Source of the DNA: an uncultured Chloroflexia bacterium
Lineage (GTDB): Bacteria > Chloroflexota > Anaerolineae > CG2-30-64-16
Assembly (NCBI GenBank): GCA_963810095.1
Contig: CAWEMM010000006.1
Location: forward strand, 512,001 to 576,000
DNA length: 64,000 nucleotides
Reading direction: 5' to 3'
The notes beneath the pieces were generated by a model that ran no database searches, was not told the origin of the DNA, and saw only the letters and a program-made list of their open reading frames with translations. The number at the start of each line of letters is the position of its first letter. Position 1 is the first letter of the stretch. Below are positions 31,485-39,248 of this stretch, in pieces. Position numbers and translations under genes: made by a program.

Positions 31485-32120
31485 TCACAGGTCTAGATCA
31501 GGCTCGCCGCCGATGAGCGCCCGCAGCCGGCTTGCCACCATCTCGATAGCCACTTCGTTGAAGCCGCCCTCGGGGATGATCACGTCCGCGTAGCGCTTGC
31601 TGGGCTCGACAAACTCGAGGTGCATCGGCCGGACGGTATTCAGGTACTGGTTCATGACCGAGTCGAGCGACCGGCCGCGCTCCTCGATGTCCCGCTGCAG
31701 GCGACGCAGCAGGCGCAGGTCCGCGTCCGTGTCCACATAGATCTTGACATCCATCTGCTCACGCAGCTGTTTGTCGGCAAAAATGAGGATGCCCTCGACC
31801 AGGATGACCGGCTGCGGTTCGACGCGAATCGCCTCGGCCCGACGGTTGTGCATCTTGAAGTCATACACGGGGATGTCGACCGCTTTGCCGGCCTTCAGTT
31901 GCTTGAGGTGCTCGAGCAGCAGCTCGTTATCAAACGCGTCCGGGTGGTCAAAGTTGGTCTTGGCTCGCTCCTCGACCGGGAGATGGCCGAGTTCCTTGTA
32001 GTAAGCATCGTGCGGCAGGTACGCGACGCGGTGAACCCCGACGCGTTCGAGCAGGCGCCGGGCGACGGTGGTCTTGCCCGAACCGGTGCCTCCGCAGACT
32101 CCCAGGGTGGTGGTCTTCAT
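31485..32120 (-). CDS. udk: Uridine kinase
   Basis: GGTGSGKTT, NFDHPDA, VEGIL, RD..ERGR, EPSKRYAD. Confidence 0.96.
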   Translation of the reverse strand: MKTTTLGVCGGTGSGKTTVARRLLERVGVHRVAYLPHDAYYKELGHLPVEERAKTNFDHPDAFDNELLLEHLKQLKAGKAVDIPVYDFKMHNRRAEAIRVEPQPVILVEGILIFADKQLREQMDVKIYVDTDADLRLLRRLQRDIEERGRSLDSVMNQYLNTVRPMHLEFVEPSKRYADVIIPEGGFNEVAIEMVASRLRALIGGEPDLDL

Positions 32121-32141
32121 GCGCTCCTCCGGGGAGGGTCC

Positions 32142-34145
32142 TCACAACGTCAACAGCGACTGGGCCGCCAGGCAGGCAGCGATGCCGGCCGCCAGCGCGG
32201 CCACAAGCAGGACAGTCGCCAACCACGCCGGCACGCGCAGCGGCCGCCATCCCGACGTAGCGTGCAGATACGCTGCCGCAAGCAGCCAGGCGGCGAGCAG
32301 CCACATCTCACTGGCAACCGGCCGGATGGGCGAGGCAGATGCGAGCAGGCCCCACAGGCTGCCCAGGACAAGCGCGGCGGTCAGAAGCGGGAAAGCCGCC
32401 AGGCTGGGGCCCCGGCCCGGGTCGCCCGCCCGGCCGCGCAGGCCCTGCACGGGGCCCCGGAGCATCGGGTCGGTGACATCGCTCAACCTGCTGCCGCGAA
32501 GCGCAAACCACAGCGACTGCACCGCGCCCGCGGCCACCGCGCCAAGGCCCAGCAGCGCAAGGACTCCCTGCAGGACCGGTATCCAGGCCTGCGATCGCGG
32601 CAGAATCAAGTTCGCGCCCCGCAAGGCAACACCGGCAATTCCGGCCAGGACGAACGCACCGGCCACTGTGTACGCGGCCGAACGAAGCACCTGCCGCCCG
32701 GCGTGCGGAGCGGGCGAGCCTTCTGGCACAAGGGCAGCCAGCCGAGCAGCAACACTCGCCACTTCGGTCTGTCCGAGTGCGGGCGCGGCCGCGCGCACTG
32801 CCAGCAGCGTCCCATCGCGCTCGGCCGCCGCGTTAAGCCAGGTGCGCGTCGCTCCGCCCCACGCCGTCACGGCGACGCCCGCTAGCAGCACAAGCGCGCC
32901 GAGCAGCAGCAGGGGCAAACCCGGCATCGCCGACAAGTCTACCACCACGTAGGCTTCTCGCTGCAATGTCACGGTTGCGCCTTGCCACTCAATCGTCTTG
33001 CTGTCCTCGACCAACTCATTCAGGCGTGGTGTCGGATCCGTCCCCTGATACCCCTCGATCAGAAAGACCGGCCGGTCAATTCCCCGGTCGCCGAGACTCT
33101 CGTAGCTGACGACGCGGAAAGCCAGGTCGCGCCCCGGAAGGGTGAAGCCTTGCTCGCTCTCGTTTTGCCCGAAGCGCAAGTGCAGGGACTCCGCAGGTGC
33201 CCCTTCTCCCTGTAGCGCCTGGAGGGGCAGGGTATCTCCACCGGCCGCCGCCCGAATTGAGAGCGCGGGCCCGCTGCTGCGCCGGGCAATCCACACCGGC
33301 CCCCAGGTTGCAGGCCGGGCGTTACCCAGCCAGGCGTGGCGCGTGTCGCTGCCACGGGTCAGCGATACGACCCCCGGCCGGCTGCCGTCGCCCGCATCTA
33401 CGAGGCTAAGCGCAAGGCCGCGTGCCTGGGCCGGCTGCACCGTGCGCCCGGGCAGGAGCGTCACATCGGCCACCCGCCATCCCGCCACCGTGTTCCAAAG
33501 CAGCCCAAGCAGGACCAACAGAGGACCAAGATAGGTCAGCAGCGGACCGGCGGCAGCCCACCTGCGGCGCTCGAGATAGGCGTCGACGCGGGGCCTGGCG
33601 CCCGTTGCGTCACTCACCGGCACATGGGGCGATGGCCGGCCCGCGCTCAGTGCGGCCAATTGCTCCCCGACGCTGTCGACGGCGAGCGGCAGATGCACGA
33701 GTTCAAAGGGCAGACCCTGCGGCGCAGGCGGGATGGGGGCCCCGCGCGCGGCCAGATGGCGGAACTGGTTGGCCGCCCGCAAGACCAGGTGGAACGCGCA
33801 CACGCCGAGGAGAGCCATGGTCCAGGGGGCGGCAAGCACGCTGAGCAGGCCGCTGCTGGCGAGAAAGGGGCCGAAGCGCCCGTAGCGGGCTGAGACGGTG
33901 GAAAGCCAGCGGCTCGCATCGAGGAGATTCGCCCCGGGTGGAGATTGGGGAAGCAGCGCAGCCACGGCGCACGTAAGCGCCAGCAGAACCGCGAGCGTAA
34001 TGGTTAACTGGGGAGAACTGGCGGCGATGTAGAGCCGGTCCAACACGCGCCGCCGCACCGGCCCCGGCGGCTGCGGTCCCGGCGATGGTGCGGCCGGGGG
34101 CAGCGGAGCACTGGATGGCGGAGCAGCAGGAGCGTTCAGGGCCAT
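32142..34145 (-). CDS. ResB/CcsB-like plus CcsA-like fusion membrane protein with degenerate motifs
   Basis: ResB-like N-terminus (TM-LPQ...PW), large extracytoplasmic loop, PG...L.G helix. CcsA-like C-terminus FPLLT..L..G..W...E.W....W...AAYLH. Confidence 0.65.
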   Translation of the reverse strand: MALNAPAAPPSSAPLPPAAPSPGPQPPGPVRRRVLDRLYIAASSPQLTITLAVLLALTCAVAALLPQSPPGANLLDASRWLSTVSARYGRFGPFLASSGLLSVLAAPWTMALLGVCAFHLVLRAANQFRHLAARGAPIPPAPQGLPFELVHLPLAVDSVGEQLAALSAGRPSPHVPVSDATGARPRVDAYLERRRWAAAGPLLTYLGPLLVLLGLLWNTVAGWRVADVTLLPGRTVQPAQARGLALSLVDAGDGSRPGVVSLTRGSDTRHAWLGNARPATWGPVWIARRSSGPALSIRAAAGGDTLPLQALQGEGAPAESLHLRFGQNESEQGFTLPGRDLAFRVVSYESLGDRGIDRPVFLIEGYQGTDPTPRLNELVEDSKTIEWQGATVTLQREAYVVVDLSAMPGLPLLLLGALVLLAGVAVTAWGGATRTWLNAAAERDGTLLAVRAAAPALGQTEVASVAARLAALVPEGSPAPHAGRQVLRSAAYTVAGAFVLAGIAGVALRGANLILPRSQAWIPVLQGVLALLGLGAVAAGAVQSLWFALRGSRLSDVTDPMLRGPVQGLRGRAGDPGRGPSLAAFPLLTAALVLGSLWGLLASASPIRPVASEMWLLAAWLLAAAYLHATSGWRPLRVPAWLATVLLVAALAAGIAACLAAQSLLTL

Positions 34146-34200
34146 CGTCCAACGGTCGCAAACGGCCGGCCGACCCGGCCTCAGATCGCTTGCGGCGGAT

Positions 34201-34232
34201 AAAAGATCGGCCCCAACCGTGCGGTCGGGGCC
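34201..34232 (-). terminator. Intrinsic terminator after the tRNA
   Basis: GGCCCCGACC-GCAC-GGTTGGGGCC followed by GATCTTTT. Confidence 0.7.
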
Positions 34233-34242
34233 TTCGGAGAGG

Positions 34243-34315
34243 AGCCACCCAACGGAATCGAACCGTTAACCTAGCGCTTACGAAGCGCTCGCTCTACCTA
34301 TTGAGCTAGGGTGGC
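34243..34315 (-). tRNA. tRNA-Thr(CGT); CCA not encoded
   Basis: Acceptor stem GCCACCC/GGGTGGC, D-arm AGCTCAATAGGTAGAGC, anticodon arm AGCGC-TTCGTAA-GCGCT, T-loop GGTTCGATTCC. Confidence 0.96.
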
Positions 34316-34328
34316 ACGCAATAGGGCA

Positions 34329-34357
34329 ATTATACGCGCAACCGCATTGCGCCGCAA
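34329..34357 (-). promoter_or_regulatory. Sigma70-type promoter of tRNA-Thr
   Basis: TTGCGG-N17-TATAAT, 13 nt upstream of the tRNA. Confidence 0.65.
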
Positions 34358-34377
34358 ATCGCAGGCGTCTCCCGCTC

Positions 34378-34410
34378 AGAAACCTGGTTTTTTCGAAGAA
34401 CCAGGTTTCT
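34378..34410. repeat. 33-bp double-palindrome element (copy 1)
   Basis: AGAAACCTGGTTTTT-TCG-AAGAACCAGGTTTCT. Confidence 0.8.
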
Positions 34411-34994
34411 CAACGAAGGAGCCACGAGCGGCGCACTAGACGCGCGGTCAGGTATTCGCCGGTGCGGGTGTCGATCCGGATCTTGTCGCCAACGTTAACG
34501 AACAGCGGCACCTGCACCTGGTACCCGGTCGCTACAACCGCCGGCTTGGTCGCGTTCGTCGCAGTGTCGCCGGCAAAGCCGGGGTCCGTCTGCATGACTT
34601 CCAGTTCAACCGTCGTCGGCAGCGACACGCTGATGTTCTCGCCCTCGTACGTCTCGAGGTCCACAACCATGTTGTCGACGAGGAAATGGACCGCGTCGCC
34701 CAGCATGTCGGCCGAGAGCACCGGCTGCTCGTACGTCTCGATGTTCATGAACGTATAGAGGTCGCCGTCGTGGTAGAGGTACTGGGCCTCGGAGTGATCG
34801 AGGCGGACGTCCTGCACCCGGCTGCCCGAGGGATACGTCTTTTCCATCGTGGACCCCGAGCGCACATTGCGCACTTTGACCCGGATGGTCGCATTGCCGC
34901 GCCCGGACTTGATGTGTTGATAATCGAGCACCCGGAAGAGCTCGTTGTCTTCAGTGAAGGTTGTTCCCTTGCGAAGATCCTGAACGCCGATCAT
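34410..34994 (-). CDS. efp: Elongation factor P (true stop probably TAG at 34436-34438 after a +1 indel)
   Basis: LRKG, HIKSGRG, YLY.DG, GDTA...TKPA, VPLFV..GD.I.IDTR.GEY. Confidence 0.97.
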   Translation of the reverse strand: MIGVQDLRKGTTFTEDNELFRVLDYQHIKSGRGNATIRVKVRNVRSGSTMEKTYPSGSRVQDVRLDHSEAQYLYHDGDLYTFMNIETYEQPVLSADMLGDAVHFLVDNMVVDLETYEGENISVSLPTTVELEVMQTDPGFAGDTATNATKPAVVATGYQVQVPLFVNVGDKIRIDTRTGEYLTARLVRRSWLLR

Positions 34995-35065
34995 TCGTGA
35001 CTGCTCCTGCTAGGCTTCGAATGCCACCATGGGTAGTGTATCGTGTGGTTAAGAAGGGCGGCAAA

Positions 35066-35106
35066 ACCTCCGAGGCGCCGCGCATAACGGCGCGCACCTC
35101 GGAGGT
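35066..35106. repeat. ACCTCCG...CGGAGGT hairpin element in the efp leader
   Basis: ACCTCCGAGG...CCTCGGAGGT; related ends at 52115-52161 and 61972-62001. Confidence 0.65.
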
Positions 35107-35115
35107 CACATCATA

Positions 35116-35144
35116 ATCATATCCAGACGCGGCTTTACTGTCAA
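35116..35144 (-). promoter_or_regulatory. Sigma70-type promoter of efp
   Basis: TTGACA-N17-TATGAT. Confidence 0.72.
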
Positions 35145-35246
35145 ATAAGCGCGGGAAATCCTGCAAAGATCAAATTGAGAACGAGTGGAACGTACGGTCA
35201 TCGAACGGCGTACTTTCTTCACGGGATGCGACGAGCGGAGGACAGA

Positions 35247-36590
35247 ATGCCGGGCTGGCGCGAAGTACTGACCCATTTGAGCGTGGACGTCGAAACCCAA
35301 TACGACCGTCTCAAGTATCGCCTGCGAGAGCGCCTGGGCGGGCGTAACCCGGTCATGATCCTGCCCTACCGGGGGTATGGGACGCCGCAGCGATTCTTCC
35401 TGCGCGGCCGGGTGCTGGAGGATCGCGGGATCACGCAGGCAAGCGAGGACGATACCGTCTGGGATAACCTGGCCAACATGTGGCGCCGCGCCAACAGCGT
35501 GGAGATTCCGTATGCGCAGGTACTTGTGCGATACGGCGGTGACCAACAGGTCGTGACGGCCGACGTGGAGGGGTTCTTCGAAGCGTGGATCGAGCCGCTC
35601 GAGTCAAGCCCGGCCGAAGGACTGTGGCGCGAGGTGGACCTGGAGCTGGTCGCGCCACTGCGTGAGGGGTCCGAACCCGTCACGGCGACCGGCCATATCC
35701 TCGTGCCGCCCCCGTCCGCGGAATTCGGCGTCATCAGCGACGTTGACGACACGGTGCTGCAGACGGACGTCGCGCACGTGCTCAAGATGGCCCGGGCGAC
35801 TTTTCTGGGCAACGCGCGCATACGGCTTGCATTCCAAGGCGTCGCCGCGTTCTACCGCGCGCTTCACGGTGGCAGCACGGGGCACGCTTCTAATCCCATG
35901 TTCTACGTTTCCAGCTCGCCTTGGAACCTGTACGACCTGTTGAGCGAGTTCTTCAATCTACAGAACTTCCCCGTCGGTCCGGTGCTCTTCCTGCGCGACT
36001 GGGGGCTGTCGGACCAAGGGTTTTTGCCCACGCGAAACCGCGTCTACAAGCTGGGATACATCAAGGAGGTTGTAGAGACGTTCTGCGATCTCTCCTTCAT
36101 TCTGATCGGGGACAGTGGCCAGGAGGACCCGGAAATCTACGCGGAGGTGGTGTCGCTCTTCCCAAACCGCATCCGGGCAGTGTATATCCGGAACGTGTCG
36201 CGCGACCCGGCCCGCATCGAGCGCATTAAGGCGCTGGCCGAAGAAGTGCTGAAGGCGGGGAGCGTACTCATTCTGGCCGAAACGACGCTGCCGCTGGCCG
36301 AGCACGCGGCCAACCAGGGGTGGATCGAGCCGGATGCCCTCCCGGAAATCGAGCTCGAGAAGCAGGTCGATGCTGAGCCGCCCACGCCCGTCGAGGTGCT
36401 GCTGGGCAGGGAGGAGAAGTCCGAAGCGCCAACGGTCGAGATCGCGCCGGGTGGCGGCGCGCAAGAGACCATCGAGGCCGTGCAGGAGGGCGGCATCGAG
36501 GAAGCCCTGCAGGCGGGCGATGCCCGAAGGGAAGAGGCGCCGACAGTGGTGGTGCAGCCCGACGAAGAGCCGGAAGACGACGCGCCTTAA
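35247..36590 (+). CDS. App1/DUF2183 family phosphatidate phosphatase-like protein
   Basis: VISDVDDT (DxDxT), FYVSSSPWNLY, LIGDSGQEDPEIY, AVYIRNV; acidic tail. Confidence 0.88.
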   Translation: MPGWREVLTHLSVDVETQYDRLKYRLRERLGGRNPVMILPYRGYGTPQRFFLRGRVLEDRGITQASEDDTVWDNLANMWRRANSVEIPYAQVLVRYGGDQQVVTADVEGFFEAWIEPLESSPAEGLWREVDLELVAPLREGSEPVTATGHILVPPPSAEFGVISDVDDTVLQTDVAHVLKMARATFLGNARIRLAFQGVAAFYRALHGGSTGHASNPMFYVSSSPWNLYDLLSEFFNLQNFPVGPVLFLRDWGLSDQGFLPTRNRVYKLGYIKEVVETFCDLSFILIGDSGQEDPEIYAEVVSLFPNRIRAVYIRNVSRDPARIERIKALAEEVLKAGSVLILAETTLPLAEHAANQGWIEPDALPEIELEKQVDAEPPTPVEVLLGREEKSEAPTVEIAPGGGAQETIEAVQEGGIEEALQAGDARREEAPTVVVQPDEEPEDDAP

Positions 36591-36675
36591 TTTCTACAAT
36601 GTTTTTGAGACAAAAGTCCCTGCTTCCCCCACCGGCCGGCGCGAAAATGCGGGCATCAATGGCAGGAGGAAGACC

Positions 36676-37231
36676 ATGCAAGCAACCGATATCCTGATGG
36701 AAGAGCACCGCGTGATCGAGCGCCTGCTCACCAGTCTTGAACAGGCCGCTACTGCGCCTGGACAAGGGCGAGCAAGTGCGGCCCGGTTTCTTTGTCGACG
36801 CGGCCGATTTCGTCAAGGGCTTTGCCGACGGATGCCATCACAAGAAGGAAGAAGGCGTGCTCTTCACCGCGCTCGTCGATGCCGGACTGCCCCAGCAAGT
36901 AGGCCCCGTCGCGGCGATGCTTGCCGATCACGAGCAAGGCCGGGCTTATACGCGCGGGATGCGTGCGGCGGCAGAACGGCTGGCAGCGGGCGACGCGGCC
37001 GCTCAAGCGGACGTGACCAGGAACGCGCTGGGCTATGTCCAATTGCTGCGCGAACACATCGGCAAGGAAGATCACGTGCTGTTCCCAATGGCCGCTGAGG
37101 TCATCCCCCAGGCGCGTCAGGCGACGCTCGTCGATCGCTTTGAGACCATCGAGCACGAGGAGACGGGCGAAGGGGTCCACGAGAAGTACCTGGCGCTGGC
37201 CGGCGCACTGGAAAAGGAAGCCGCTGAATAA
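36676..37231 (+). CDS. Hemerythrin (HHE) domain protein, split by a +1 frameshift near 36754
   Basis: GGAGG SD; LMEEH..I, HHKKEE..LF, DHEQGR, HIGKED..LFP. Confidence 0.9.
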
Positions 37232-37399
37232 ATGAAACGCAGGGCAAGAATGCTCGCCTGGCCTGTGGGGTCCTGAGCCGCGCTCACGGTGGAACCCCGC
37301 AGGTGCGCGCTTACGCGTACGCGATTCGATGTCAAGAGCGGTTTGGTCTATGATAACGGCGCAGCTGCTCCACAGTCCGGCAAGCGGCGATGTGTCATA

Positions 37400-37432
37400 G
37401 GAAACCGGGTTTCCGGCCGGGACTTGGTTTCC
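37400..37432. repeat. 33-bp double-palindrome element (copy 2)
   Basis: GGAAACCGGGTTTCC-GGC-CGGGACTTGGTTTCC. Confidence 0.7.
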
Positions 37433-37445
37433 AGTGCGAGGTGCA

Positions 37446-37868
37446 GTGCCGAAATTAGCCCGCTGGTACGTCAAAAGCGCCCTGATCTACCTGGTCGTCG
37501 GCGCCATCCTCGCCGCGTTGTCCCTGGCTAATGCGGCGACGCTGCCCCCTGCCCTGCTTGCGCTGCGGCCGCTGGCGTGGCACCTGCTCACCTTCGGCTG
37601 GGCCACCCAGCTGATCTTTGGCGTGGCCTACTGGATGTTCCCGCACTTGTCCAAGGAGAAACCCCGGGGCGACGAGCGGGTGCTGTGGGCCGTGTTCTGG
37701 TGTCTCAATGCGGGTTTGTTGCTCCGGGCCGTCGGTGAACCGCTGGGTGCGCTGCGCCCGGGCCTCGTATCCCCCTTGGTGCTGCAGGGCTCGGCCGTCC
37801 TCCAGGTGGCCGCCGCGTGGGTGTTCGCGGCCGAGACCTGGCCGCGGGTTAAGGCCCTGGGGCATTAA
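37446..37868 (+). CDS. Small 4-TM protein (H....GW..Q...GVAYW..P family; NnrS/oxidase-subunit-like)
   Basis: GTG after GAGGTG; paralogous to the next gene. Confidence 0.75.
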   Translation: MPKLARWYVKSALIYLVVGAILAALSLANAATLPPALLALRPLAWHLLTFGWATQLIFGVAYWMFPHLSKEKPRGDERVLWAVFWCLNAGLLLRAVGEPLGALRPGLVSPLVLQGSAVLQVAAAWVFAAETWPRVKALGH

Positions 37869-37870
37869 CC

Positions 37871-38287
37871 ATGCCGCTTTTGTCGCGTTTCTACATCCGC
37901 ACCGCCCTGATCTGGCTTGCACTTGGCACGACGCTCGGCGGCATCATCCTCTGGAACAAAGCAAGCCCGATTCCGGGCGCGTGGCAGCTGCTGACCGCGC
38001 ACATCAGCCTTGTCACCTGGGGCTGGCTCCTGCAGCTCTCCCTCGGCGTTGCCTATTGGATCCTGCCCCGAGTGCCGGCCCCCGGGCTGGGCCCCGAACG
38101 GCCGCGACCCTACCTGGCGGCGGCGGCCTATGGGCTGCTTAATGCGGCCCTGGCGGTGAGCGTGATCGCCAGCCTCTTGCCCGTGCCATGGCCGGGCGTT
38201 CTGGTCGCCGCGCTCCAGTTGCTCGCGCTGGCCACCTTTGCGCTGCACGCGTGGCCGCGCGTCCGGCGTTCCGCCTACGGCAAGTGA
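37871..38287 (+). CDS. Small 4-TM protein, paralog of the preceding gene
   Basis: HISLVTWGWLLQLSLGVAYWILPR; WPRV C-terminal motif shared with its neighbour. Confidence 0.75.
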   Translation: MPLLSRFYIRTALIWLALGTTLGGIILWNKASPIPGAWQLLTAHISLVTWGWLLQLSLGVAYWILPRVPAPGLGPERPRPYLAAAAYGLLNAALAVSVIASLLPVPWPGVLVAALQLLALATFALHAWPRVRRSAYGK

Positions 38288-38328
38288 TCGCGGGCAATGA
38301 TAAAATCGCCTGCATGGAGACCACGCGC

Positions 38329-39150
38329 ATGAACGAATCGCCTACAAATTTCTACGATGCACTCGCGCCGATGTTCGACGTCATGACAGACTGGAACGCC
38401 CGGCTGAGCGCCGAAGGCCCTTTCCTGCGGGCAATCCTGGACGAAGCCGGGGCCCGCACTGTGCTGGATGCCGCCTGCGGCAGCGGGGGCCACGCGGTGG
38501 CGCTGGCCGAGTGGGGGTTTGAGGCCGCCGGGGTGGACGCCAGTCCCGCCATGGTGGACATGGCGCGACGCAAGGCCGTCGAACTCGGCCGCGACGTCCC
38601 TTTTGCGGTGGCCGAGCTGGGCGGCTTGGCCGACCTCGTCAATGGCCGCCAGGATGACGACAGCGCCATCGGCGTCCAGCGGCTGGCGCCATTTGATGCT
38701 GTCCTGTGCCTGGGCAACTCGCTGCCCCACCTGCCCACCCAAGCCGACCTTGTCGGCGCACTGAGCAGCATGGCCGCGGCGCTCAAGCCCGGTGGCCTGC
38801 TCGTGCTGCAGAACCTGAATTACGACCTGCGGTGGCAGAAGCAGCCGCGCTGGTTTGCGGCCCAAGGGGGCCAGCTGGACGGCCGCGAAGTGCTGGTGTG
38901 GCGCTTTGCCGACTATGACACGTCAGCAGGCGAGATCGTCTTTCACATTGCCTTGTTCACGAAGAGTGACGGCGGCTGGAAAGTGGACGTCCACTCCACG
39001 CCCCACCGCCCCCTGTTCCGGGCCGACCTGTTCGCCGCGCTGGCAGGGGCCGGTTATGACCACCCGCGGGCGCTGGCCCGCATGTCCTGGCCGGCCGAGC
39101 CGTTTGACCCGCAGACTTCGCCCGACCTGGTAGTGGTCGCAAACAAATAG
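38329..39150 (+). CDS. Class I SAM-dependent methyltransferase
   Basis: VLDAACGSG, GVDAS..M, FDAVLCLGNSLPH, LKPGG. Confidence 0.9.
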   Translation: MNESPTNFYDALAPMFDVMTDWNARLSAEGPFLRAILDEAGARTVLDAACGSGGHAVALAEWGFEAAGVDASPAMVDMARRKAVELGRDVPFAVAELGGLADLVNGRQDDDSAIGVQRLAPFDAVLCLGNSLPHLPTQADLVGALSSMAAALKPGGLLVLQNLNYDLRWQKQPRWFAAQGGQLDGREVLVWRFADYDTSAGEIVFHIALFTKSDGGWKVDVHSTPHRPLFRADLFAALAGAGYDHPRALARMSWPAEPFDPQTSPDLVVVANK

Positions 39151-39235
39151 GACACTGATTGGACTGATGAGACTGATTTACCTGATCTCTTTCAGAAAAG
39201 AGGGCAGAGCGGTTCAATCGGTTCAATCTGCGTCC
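39150..39235. repeat. 9-nt-periodic GAT/ATC palindromic element (copy 2)
   Basis: GAT at 39157/39166/39175/39184; ends GTTCAATCTGCGTCC, identical to copy 1. Confidence 0.8.
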
Positions 39236-39248
39236 CCTTCCGGCTCAC

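Noticed and set aside
34146-34315. tRNA-Thr as an integration site for the glycan region
   Set aside because: No integrase, no duplicated tRNA 3' end seen, and no obvious compositional shift.
34410-34440. Novel C-terminal extension of EF-P
   Set aside because: Removing one base gives the usual GEYLTRV-stop; the extension runs into a repeat.
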